Shown piece after piece: positions 8,701-14,820 of a stretch of 25,758 nucleotides of DNA. The notes under the pieces were generated by a model. The model ran no database searches. It saw only the letters and a program-made list of their open reading frames with translations, and was not told the origin of the DNA. The translations under genes were made by a program, and so were the position numbers. Position 1 is the first letter of the stretch; the number at the start of each line of letters is the position of its first letter. Source of the stretch: Candidatus Micrarchaeota archaeon (GTDB taxonomy: Archaea; Micrarchaeota; Micrarchaeia; Anstonellales; Bilamarchaeaceae); NCBI GenBank assembly GCA_018304385.1, contig JAGVWJ010000019.1, positions 1 through 25,758 of the forward strand, read 5' to 3'.

Positions 8701-11326
8701 TGCAGAGATCATGAGGCCATGCCTAGAAGCAAGACACGCAGTATTAGTAAGAGATGGGGATAGTGAAAATGCTGAAAGATTTGCAAACTATTTAAGAGAT
8801 ATAGATCGAACAAAAGGGGACAAGCTTGCAAACCTTAGAATACAAACTGAGATCGGTGATGCGCTTAATGCATCCGAGCAGCAAGAAATTAGCGGGGAAA
8901 TGTGGCAGCTTGTTACTGATACATTTGGTGGATTAATTCCTGGTTATACTTCAATAACAGAATATGCTAGAACAGGGCGAGTAGGTGGATGGACTATTGT
9001 ACTTGATGCTGCTGCATTTATCCCATTTGCTGCATATGCAGAAGCATATAGCGGAAGAGCAAGGCTTACATTATCAGAACTTACTGGTGCCAGTGGCAGA
9101 TGGGGCACTGCATTAGATTTAAGCGAAAACATATCTGATATAAGTGGGATGGTACTTGGCGGATATTATACTGGATCTACAATATATGATGATGTAAGCA
9201 GAAGAAGACAACTTGGCTTAAGGGCAAACATTGAATTTCAGCAGGCAATGGAGGCATTACAGGCTGGACTACCTGTTTTTCTTTGGGGCGGCATGTATAT
9301 ATCAGATAGATACGCAGGCAGTGGCAGTGCATTAAACAGAGAACTAAATCCTGTTGTTTATATTAATCGATTTTCCAGCAGGGTTGCGCCATATGTTCGC
9401 AGGGCACGCGGCATGGAATGGACACAAGCAGATGCAGCGCTTAGATTTGCTAATGATGAATTTGTTGAGTCTATAAAAACACATGGACTAAAAGGTGATA
9501 ACCCAAATCGCGCGATTAGAAATCTCGCATCAGAGGCAACAGAAGAATCATATCATGCAATAAGAGAGCGTATTGATAGCGGATTAGAAAAACTTGGAGA
9601 GGATGCGCCCCAGGAATTTAGAAGATTGGCAGACGAGCGCATTGAACTTGAGATAGAATTAAGAGAAGCAGCTAAACGGGCAAATGATCTTAGTGGTACT
9701 GAGAAAGATGGTGCAATAGCTGAGGCCAGGGCATTAGTAAATAACTTAGATGAGAATCTAGATAAATGGAAACAAGAGATAAAAAAACTAAGAAACAATG
9801 TAGTATCTGAAGCAATAGCACTTGAAAATGTACCAACTGGTTTTCCAAGTGCAGCAAATGAACAATTCGGCACTGATATGCGTGTGATTGTTCGCGCTGC
9901 AATAGCTGAAGAGGATATGGGCAATGTAATAAACAGCGCGCATGCAAAAGGCGAAATATCCAATGAGGAATGGGCAGCATTTTTTTCTTTGCCAGAAGAC
10001 GTTCGCGCACAGCGCGTTGCAGATGTAATCAACAGACGTTATAGTGACAAGGCTGGATTTCAACCTACCATGGAGATGGATCCAACATTATCAAAACATG
10101 GGGAGAGAACTGCGAGCGCAAGAAGACAAATGGTTGAACGACTAAAACAATTGGAACAAGACATGCATGTACGGTTAGTCGATGAAAGCATGGTTGATCT
10201 TCATAAAATACAAACAATGCATTATGAAATCGGAGGTGCAGAACACACGCGTGCATTGGAGCGTATACGTGAGCAATCTTTTTATGAAAGAATGGATGTA
10301 AAATTAAAGCGATTAATAAATGATCCGCGAACAATTAATCCAGATGCCAAATATGTTGATTACAAACTGCTTGCGCTTTTATCTGACGAGCAAACATTCA
10401 TGCGAGCAGCATCTGATTTTGCAAAAACATACCATGGCGCGGACATTGCAAGCATTGATAAGATCTCGTATCTTGGCGCAGGATGTTTTAATGCTGCTGT
10501 GCGCGTAGATGTTACGCTAGCGAATGGGCAAAAAAAATCAATAGTAATACGCGGCCCTGGTGACGCAAGCCCTGATATTGCGGTGAATAAATTGCTAAGA
10601 GAAGCAGGGGTAAATACGTTTAACAGCAGCGATCGCAATTATGAGGGCGTTGATATGAGTGGTCATAGCACATACATATCTGTCCAAGATTTAATAGAGG
10701 GAAGAAGATTAGAGGATGTATTAGATAGTATACGAACAGGAGCATTAGGCCATCAAGAAATAGAACAACTAGTTAGAGGATATTTTGATAATCTGGCAGT
10801 TGCACATTTCTTTGGCTTAACAGATAATCATGAAGGAAATTTTATGATTATGCCAGATGGAAGCTTTATGCGTTTAGATTATGGGGTGCATATGAGCTAT
10901 GGAAATGGAAATATTGCAATAAACGACCTGGCCAACAGATTTATTGAAGAACAACTCTTGCCAGCAATGGGAAAAACAAAACTAGATGATAACCTAAAGC
11001 AAGCTGCAAGAGAGGCATTTACAAAAAGATGGGAGCAATTGCAGGCAGACAGAAACAAGGTAGAAAGTCTAATGACTGATATAGTAAGCAGAAGGGAATT
11101 ATATACTGGAAATGGGGATAATTCTGGTGCACAAACTTATGATTATAATGGAAATGTTACTGGAAGGAATGGGCTTAGATTAATTACTGATGTGGATATC
11201 CAACGTTTTAGAACAATCAACTCGCAATCAGCAAAAACAATGCTTGGTGACTTAAATGATATTGTTGGAGGGGGAACAAATAGCGGAGCAGTTAGTCCAG
11301 ACGCACCTACTGCACCTATGTTTTAA
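5792..11326 (+). CDS. Giant protein (1844 aa): helical N-terminal region, central hydrophobic pre-toxin-like segment, C-terminal atypical kinase domain; candidate toxin/effector
   Basis: Uninterrupted 5.5-kb ORF, no N-terminal signal peptide. Hydrophobic TDTFGGLIPGY...WTIVLDAAAFIPFAAYA at ~8910-9050. Kinase motifs near the C-terminus. Confidence 0.9.
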   Translation: MSLKEKLDETEQKVSEARKMLTEISRTIPTRMEGTERRIESGMQQAEQQIENLKQFAINLPVNVPEVFKKAAKEKDIFETALEDVRGTYTDELAGEFAKTRILLHAGQTLFKEGLRLEKEGKTEEARKKFEQAAEKFEKANAMAFALKTYADLKRTGASQEFLDAVKNAAKAHIENVGQNNVEGKRSALMLLAANSYIDLHANGMFEQAALAKDFTISLKDKPAKEFEIARDQIAILQAMTGTVVPDEFRQEFLNKLGIAFSLYNTVDTSKPKEEIQKQLDKAALFTSAVLQLATYAKMPPEMREKLKAYVASLLQGFESNEITEALVAEIAFRFSQEIVNDLLTRTIDGMRFPKEIQEKINRIRENIKDLIENGEIEQAFQAIVYLNTYRYGAYIEAPFRNEQVLEYVTFLSGQIDEEHGREIFERCMPEFEKLNRYVQIYKEIENTRALFAERKASFAALERRDRTIFDYNKLEQQLNAALDLAKAGNFEQAINAVGAAHAAFVDIDNAAVQQARQIAIDTDIEGLEHFEAQIARYRRELSDKHKEFAPKIAGPNLYSTLSSISNGQLVVLEAQISVRLEELRRIRANPNAHYEGGEIIAAKARMQKFDEIVRYTSSCLDMLALINNLASDPALKENDRRRLIVIAGLVQNALEKIGAEPPNYERTKELLEQAITGIFSIAKEKTELSDDLLDHMRDTKINVLRNTLSGAYSNEEADQKGINYGLYIIDANISEALRAALTLPGEERNNAIYQADYHANLLYEMIESALANEINAKLSSHAFEQCMESFELLLQARSERNERAKGRASMSIVELSKIPSLPIDEHAGSLRAAIQIQTEALQALVAKKMGDHNARHRLFMPTETGTALLTDHKFQSIMDDIEGRYFANGEFILHVHAPSTFFAMSIKDTIRAVRGLRSRWNISDEREMQYQLFDMLANNLNAQRELVEYAITANRLGRTITSEEYGTKIAEIMRPCLEARHAVLVRDGDSENAERFANYLRDIDRTKGDKLANLRIQTEIGDALNASEQQEISGEMWQLVTDTFGGLIPGYTSITEYARTGRVGGWTIVLDAAAFIPFAAYAEAYSGRARLTLSELTGASGRWGTALDLSENISDISGMVLGGYYTGSTIYDDVSRRRQLGLRANIEFQQAMEALQAGLPVFLWGGMYISDRYAGSGSALNRELNPVVYINRFSSRVAPYVRRARGMEWTQADAALRFANDEFVESIKTHGLKGDNPNRAIRNLASEATEESYHAIRERIDSGLEKLGEDAPQEFRRLADERIELEIELREAAKRANDLSGTEKDGAIAEARALVNNLDENLDKWKQEIKKLRNNVVSEAIALENVPTGFPSAANEQFGTDMRVIVRAAIAEEDMGNVINSAHAKGEISNEEWAAFFSLPEDVRAQRVADVINRRYSDKAGFQPTMEMDPTLSKHGERTASARRQMVERLKQLEQDMHVRLVDESMVDLHKIQTMHYEIGGAEHTRALERIREQSFYERMDVKLKRLINDPRTINPDAKYVDYKLLALLSDEQTFMRAASDFAKTYHGADIASIDKISYLGAGCFNAAVRVDVTLANGQKKSIVIRGPGDASPDIAVNKLLREAGVNTFNSSDRNYEGVDMSGHSTYISVQDLIEGRRLEDVLDSIRTGALGHQEIEQLVRGYFDNLAVAHFFGLTDNHEGNFMIMPDGSFMRLDYGVHMSYGNGNIAINDLANRFIEEQLLPAMGKTKLDDNLKQAAREAFTKRWEQLQADRNKVESLMTDIVSRRELYTGNGDNSGAQTYDYNGNVTGRNGLRLITDVDIQRFRTINSQSAKTMLGDLNDIVGGGTNSGAVSPDAPTAPMF
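10460..10890 (+). other. PI3/PI4-kinase / HipA-like kinase domain within the giant protein (about aa 1557-1700)
   Basis: Gly-rich loop LGAGCFNAAV (10472), beta3 IVIR, helix DIAVNKLLREAGV, catalytic loop AHFFGLTDNHEGNFMI (Asp at 10823; cf. PI3K xILGIGDRHxxNIMV), metal-binding RLDYG (Asp at 10877; cf. HIDFG). Confidence 0.75.
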
Positions 11327-11705
11327 TCGCATTAATTGCACCTTGCCAACTAGGCGGCTTTTTCATCGAACCTTCTAATTCGCTTGCCACGAGCACATTA
11401 ACTGAAATGTTTTTTCCATCTCTTTTATCTATAAATATAAAATAGGTTTGCATACCTGTTGATCTTATATTAACATACCAAGGATCAGATTTCAACCATG
11501 CAGGAATATTTTTCGCACTATAAAATGGATCGTTTTCCATGCCAATTTTTTCATCTGCCTTTTCCCCATACAATGTCAAATAAGGAGTATTACCAACATT
11601 CACCTTTTCTGGTATCTTTAATAACTTGATCAGCGCATCTGGCATTGGCTTTAATGGCAGTACATGCTTTAGCATTTCTATTGCCTGTGATCTAGTAATT
11701 TGCAT
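11316..11705 (-). CDS. Hypothetical protein (129 aa), convergent with and overlapping the giant gene by 11 bp
   Basis: Coding-like composition. TTTATA box ~27 nt upstream of the ATG on the minus strand (leaderless type). Confidence 0.7.
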   Translation of the reverse strand: MQITRSQAIEMLKHVLPLKPMPDALIKLLKIPEKVNVGNTPYLTLYGEKADEKIGMENDPFYSAKNIPAWLKSDPWYVNIRSTGMQTYFIFIDKRDGKNISVNVLVASELEGSMKKPPSWQGAINAIKT

Positions 11706-11713
11706 ATGGCATA

Positions 11714-11737
11714 TTTATAAACCATTTATGATATAAA
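11714..11737. promoter_or_regulatory. Back-to-back TATA boxes for tRNA-iMet (+) and the 129-aa gene (-)
   Basis: TTTATAAA at 11714-11721 (+), 31-38 nt before the tRNA 5' end. TATAAA at 11732-11737 reads TTTATA on the minus strand, ~27 nt before ATG 11705. Confidence 0.6.
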
Positions 11738-11783
11738 GTTTATCCTTAATTAGCGGGATAGGGGAGCCTGGAGTTCCCGCCGG

Positions 11784-11828
11784 AAGATGTATTTAATTTT
11801 TTTATAATTGTTAAATACTTCTGGCGAA
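11784..11828 (+). other. tRNA intron 1 (45 nt, position 30/31)
   Basis: BHB-type motif: central helix CGCC(25-28)/GGCG, bulges GG|A and AA|G, intron stem AGA.GTATTTAA/TTAAATAC.TCT. Confidence 0.88.
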
Positions 11829-11841
11829 GCTCATAACCCGG

Positions 11842-11880
11842 TGTGCTTTTAGAATATTTTTTTATCTAAAGCACGGGTAA
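11842..11880 (+). other. tRNA intron 2 (39 nt, position 43/44)
   Basis: Central helix ACCC(38-41)/GGGT, bulges GG|T and AA|A, intron stem GTGCTT..TAGA/TCTA.AAGCAC. Confidence 0.88.
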
Positions 11881-11896
11881 AGGTCGGTAGTTCAAA

Positions 11897-11975
11897 TCAG
11901 TTTTCGGTCTCGAGTGCCCAGTTTCCAGTAATACAAAACTGGGAACCGGAAACGGGAAACTGGAAACCGTGATTG
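11897..11975 (+). other. tRNA intron 3 (79 nt, position 59/60)
   Basis: Outer helix is the T-stem (GGTAG/CTACC). Central helix TTCA/TGAT (3 of 4 pairs), bulges AA|T and TG|T, intron helix CAGTTTTCGG/CTGGAAACCG. The junction is ambiguous by +/-1 nt from sequence alone; BHB geometry favours 59/60. Confidence 0.8.
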
Positions 11976-12058
11976 TCTACCTCCCGCTAATTTTTTTATT
12001 TTTGTGCATTATGTTTCGAGTTCTGGTTAAACTACATATGCAACTATAAGTAATGACA

Positions 12059-12066
12059 TTTATAAA
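12059..12066 (+). promoter_or_regulatory. TATA box of the beta-barrel-like gene
   Basis: TTTATAAA 23-30 nt upstream of ATG 12089 and downstream of the track ATG at 12053. Confidence 0.55.
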
Positions 12067-12088
12067 ATGTTACGAAAATATAATGATT

Positions 12089-13237
12089 ATGCAGAAGCTA
12101 GGCATTAGCAATATTGAACCACGCCAAAAAAGTAAACCTAATTTTCTAAAACGTGCAGTTGCAACTGGCATGCTACTTCTTGGAAGTGCAGCACACGCAG
12201 AGGAAAAAGCTGAAAAAATAGAACAAAAACCTCCTATTACCCTCAAAGTTTCATCAATAAGTATGGGCGAAGCAGCAATAAGAAATTATGGAACAGACGC
12301 TTATGCCAAACTTAATGTACGATGGACAACGCTAGGCGAAGGGTTTATGACAAATTGTATAGGCTTAATAAGATGCAACGAACTTTCATTATATGGTCTA
12401 GCTTTTACTTCAAATCTAAGGTGGCTTGGTATAGATTGGCTTAATGTAAAGTTAGGATATTATGAGATTTCAAGTGGTGGCGAGTCTAGGGCGCGTGATG
12501 TGTATCATAAAAGCAAAGTCGAAGAACAAAGGGCTGTTGCTGGCCTGGGCTTTTTACCAATAAATTCAGATGGAGTACTCCTATATTTAGAAGCAGGTGC
12601 TACTATTCCAACAACTTCTGAACGAAGCGCAAGAACCGCAGTAGCAGATGATGTAAAAACAGATACAACAATTGCAAATGAAAGAAGAAATGAACCTGGC
12701 GCAACATGGAGAGCCATGCTTAATTTAGATAAATATGTACATGTATTTCACGAAGGCTCAAGTGATATGTTATTGCCAATGACCGTCTTAATTAACATTG
12801 GTCTACCATGGTGGGCGCTTCCCTGGACTGATAGAGAAATTCCTCCGGCACTCCATCTGAGAGCATACACTTATGAAAGAGCACAAAACCCTCCAGAACA
12901 ACTTGAAAATCGAGTTTTAATAGGAAATGCTGCTATAGATTACCCATTTTTGACCCATGATAAGAAGATGGGTATGGCAATTTATGCTGGCGGCGGGTTA
13001 GACAACACCAATGTGAACGCTGTTCTTTCAGTGCCATTGGGAATTGCGCTAAGATCTTATATTGGAACCATGGTAGCGACTTTTGATCCTCTTTCTGAAG
13101 GTATCAGACTTGTTATTTCACTTGTTATCCCATCAGAACTGTTTGATGGCTTATTCTTTGGGGCTGATGATGTAGCATCTTTTTCTATACCTGGCTATGT
13201 AATAGGAGATATGGATATGTTTATTGGATATAGATAA
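12089..13237 (+). CDS. Secreted beta-rich protein (~382 aa), beta-barrel-like
   Basis: Extended Sec signal ending LLLGSAAHA|EE. Many alternating-hydrophobic strands (AYAKLNVRW, WLNVKLGYYE, AVAGLGFLP, LLYLEAGATI, LHLRAYTYE, MAIYAGGGL). C-terminus DMFIGYR. Coding status is confident; the fold is inferred. Confidence 0.7.
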   Translation: MQKLGISNIEPRQKSKPNFLKRAVATGMLLLGSAAHAEEKAEKIEQKPPITLKVSSISMGEAAIRNYGTDAYAKLNVRWTTLGEGFMTNCIGLIRCNELSLYGLAFTSNLRWLGIDWLNVKLGYYEISSGGESRARDVYHKSKVEEQRAVAGLGFLPINSDGVLLYLEAGATIPTTSERSARTAVADDVKTDTTIANERRNEPGATWRAMLNLDKYVHVFHEGSSDMLLPMTVLINIGLPWWALPWTDREIPPALHLRAYTYERAQNPPEQLENRVLIGNAAIDYPFLTHDKKMGMAIYAGGGLDNTNVNAVLSVPLGIALRSYIGTMVATFDPLSEGIRLVISLVIPSELFDGLFFGADDVASFSIPGYVIGDMDMFIGYR

Positions 13238-13420
13238 TACTAATGTTTTCTCATTATCACAAAACCGCGCGATTGTCGTTCGCGACAATGCGCATATTGT
13301 TGCGTTGCGCAACAATCATGTCGTACTACTTATATCCTCTGTAGTGACGTGGTCTATTGTTTCTCTCATGCCACGTCGTCCATTCTAGGTATTCCTTATG
13401 AATATAATCCAAAAGCTCAC
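13229..13420 (-). repeat. Dispersed structured element, copy A (orphan; carries a 53-nt double-hairpin insertion at 13267-13319)
   Basis: Minus strand: GTGAGC..CATAAG-N17-GACGTGG-N18-CCACGTC-ACTACAGAG..GTAGTACGAC..AATGAGAAAAC. The 58-nt core is 54/58 identical to copy C. Confidence 0.85.
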
Positions 13421-13702
13421 TTATTGTTGAATACTCACAGATTTAGTTTCCAATTTATTTCTTATTTCTTCAAACAATGTAGCAACCTGCATTCCTTTTT
13501 CAGTAAGTTTTGCAAATCTTTTTTTTCCTTTTGTTTCCATTGTTACAATTCCGGTTTTTTCTAATTTCGAAATAAAATGAGTAACAAAAACATAAGTAGT
13601 CCCAGTTGCCTTTGCAAGCTTTGATAGATACCAAACTGATTCTGGTTCTTTTAATGCTAGTAAAATACGCAAAGGTTTATCTTTAATTAATTGCAAAAGC
13701 AT
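13421..13702 (-). CDS. Winged helix-turn-helix (MarR-like) transcriptional regulator (93 aa)
   Basis: ILLAL...YLSKLAKATGTTYVFVTHFISKLEKTGIV...GKKRFAKLTEKG matches the wHTH pattern. Confidence 0.85.
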   Translation of the reverse strand: MLLQLIKDKPLRILLALKEPESVWYLSKLAKATGTTYVFVTHFISKLEKTGIVTMETKGKKRFAKLTEKGMQVATLFEEIRNKLETKSVSIQQ

Positions 13703-13861
13703 GATATTCTCCCTATAGAGATATTTTTAAATCCTCCTTTGTCGCCGTTCATTCGACGATAGGTTTATAAATTCTCTCTCGAATATAAGAACGTCACTGC
13801 CCGTTTATCGAGAGTGGGAGTGAATAAATAAGGCCATAATGGCCTCTTTTTAGGTGAAAAC

Positions 13862-14077
13862 ATGGGTTCAAAAGTCGGAACTGAAAAAATATCAAGAGAA
13901 GATGGATACCTATATTATATAGGTAAAGATGGATTTGTTTGGGCTTCCCCAATGAAGCATAATAAAAAAGGAAGAAAGAAGAAGGTCGGGGGAGAGAAAA
14001 TTTCCAAAGAAAAAGGCTTCATGTACTATATTGGAAAAGACGGCTTTGTTTACAAAGCAAAAATGAAGCATGCGTAA
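13862..14077 (+). CDS. Small basic DNA-binding protein, Cc1 (crenarchaeal chromatin protein 1)-like, two tandem units (71 aa)
   Basis: AGGTGA SD. Repeat KVGxEKISxExGxxYYIGKDGFVxxxxMKH twice. It resembles the Cc1-family pattern from memory, not from a search. Confidence 0.6.
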   Translation: MGSKVGTEKISREDGYLYYIGKDGFVWASPMKHNKKGRKKKVGGEKISKEKGFMYYIGKDGFVYKAKMKHA

Positions 14078-14091
14078 TTTTTTTGCATTGA

Positions 14092-14142
14092 GCCATTGGC
14101 TGGTGGCAAGTGGCCAAAAGCTAACAGCTACAAGCTAATGGC
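14092..14142. repeat. Heptamer-periodic hairpin
   Basis: GCCATTGGCT...AGCTAATGGC stem; AGCTAAC/AGCTACA/AGCTAAT units; AAGTGGCCAAAA at 14108-14119. Confidence 0.65.
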
Positions 14143-14233
14143 GTTTTCTCTTTTTTTACCTTATATTTTTAAACCGTTTTATTCATTGATATTCTGCTAT
14201 TTATCTGTTATTTATATTTAGCGAGGTGTATTT

Positions 14234-14623
14234 ATGCGATTAGTGATATCGGATCCGAAAACAGGAAAAAGCTATCAAACTGAGCTTGCAAAGGAGTTAG
14301 AAACAAATCTGGTTGGTAAAAAAATAGGCGAAGAAGTCGATGGAAATCTAATTGGTGCAGCAGGTTATACGCTACAGTTAACAGGTGGCAGCGACACTAG
14401 TGGGTTTCCAATGAGAAGAGATGTCGCCGGACAGCGCAAGGCACGTATTTTATTAAGCGACGGTGCTGGTTTTAACCCTACCCATCATGGGGAACGAAAA
14501 CGCAAACTAGTTAGAGGAAATGTGTTTTCTTCAGAAATAATGCAAATTAATGCAAAAGTAACTGGTGGACAAGGTCAACCATTAGAACAATTATTTCCAA
14601 AGAAAGAAGCAGCGAAGAAATAA
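14234..14623 (+). CDS. rps6e: 30S ribosomal protein S6e
   Basis: MRLVISDPKTGKSYQ...LVGKKIGEEVDG...LTGGSDTSGFPMR...GERKRKLVRGN, typical archaeal S6e; GAGGTG SD. Confidence 0.96.
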   Translation: MRLVISDPKTGKSYQTELAKELETNLVGKKIGEEVDGNLIGAAGYTLQLTGGSDTSGFPMRRDVAGQRKARILLSDGAGFNPTHHGERKRKLVRGNVFSSEIMQINAKVTGGQGQPLEQLFPKKEAAKK

Positions 14624-14634
14624 ATGATTGGTTT

Positions 14635-14660
14635 TGAGTTGTGGGTCCTGAGTTATGGGT
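14635..14660. repeat. 14-nt period (2x7) tandem repeat
   Basis: TGAGTTGTGGGT-CC-TGAGTTATGGGT. Confidence 0.55.
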
Positions 14661-14696
14661 TTTATACGACCTACGAGAAACATTTTCATAAGGCTT

Positions 14697-14820
14697 CATT
14701 TACATAAGTAAGGCACCAGATTGCCGACGCAGCTTTATAAAACATAAGACTGCGTCACTAAAGAGAACATAAAGAAACCGACGGCTTTGTTAGAAAGAGA
14801 AAACAGAGGTAATATGTAGC
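14697..14820 (+). repeat. Dispersed structured element, copy B, forming the leader of eif2g
   Basis: CATAAG(14703-08)-N17-GACGCAG(14726-32)-N17-CTGCGTC(14750-56)-ACTAAAGAG..CGAC(14782)-N38-ATG(14821). Confidence 0.8.

Larger units (their letters stand above)
11752..11989 (+). tRNA. Initiator tRNA-Met (CAT) with three introns (30/31, 43/44, 59/60)
   Basis: Exons 11752-11783, 11829-11841, 11881-11896 and 11976-11989 join to AGCGGGA-TA-GGGG-AGCCTGGAGT-TCCC-G-CCGGG-CTCATAA-CCCGG-AGGTC-GGTAG-TTCAAAT-CTACC-TCCCGCT-A. The A1-U72 pair and G29-G31/C39-C41 mark it as the archaeal initiator. Confidence 0.93.

Noticed and set aside
5117-10638. Minus-strand ORFs 5117-5416, 5516-5701, 5662-6054, 6487-6906, 7194-7517, 8944-9132, 9553-10032, 9690-10010, 9788-10063, 10065-10334, 10360-10638 and plus-strand 10320-10508
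   Set aside because: They overlap the TPR, small and giant genes and have no coding signature.
1-11989. Integrated element or provirus at tRNA-iMet
   Set aside because: There is no integrase, no duplicated tRNA 3' end (att site) and no viral hallmark gene, and the accessory block lies on the tRNA's 5' side.
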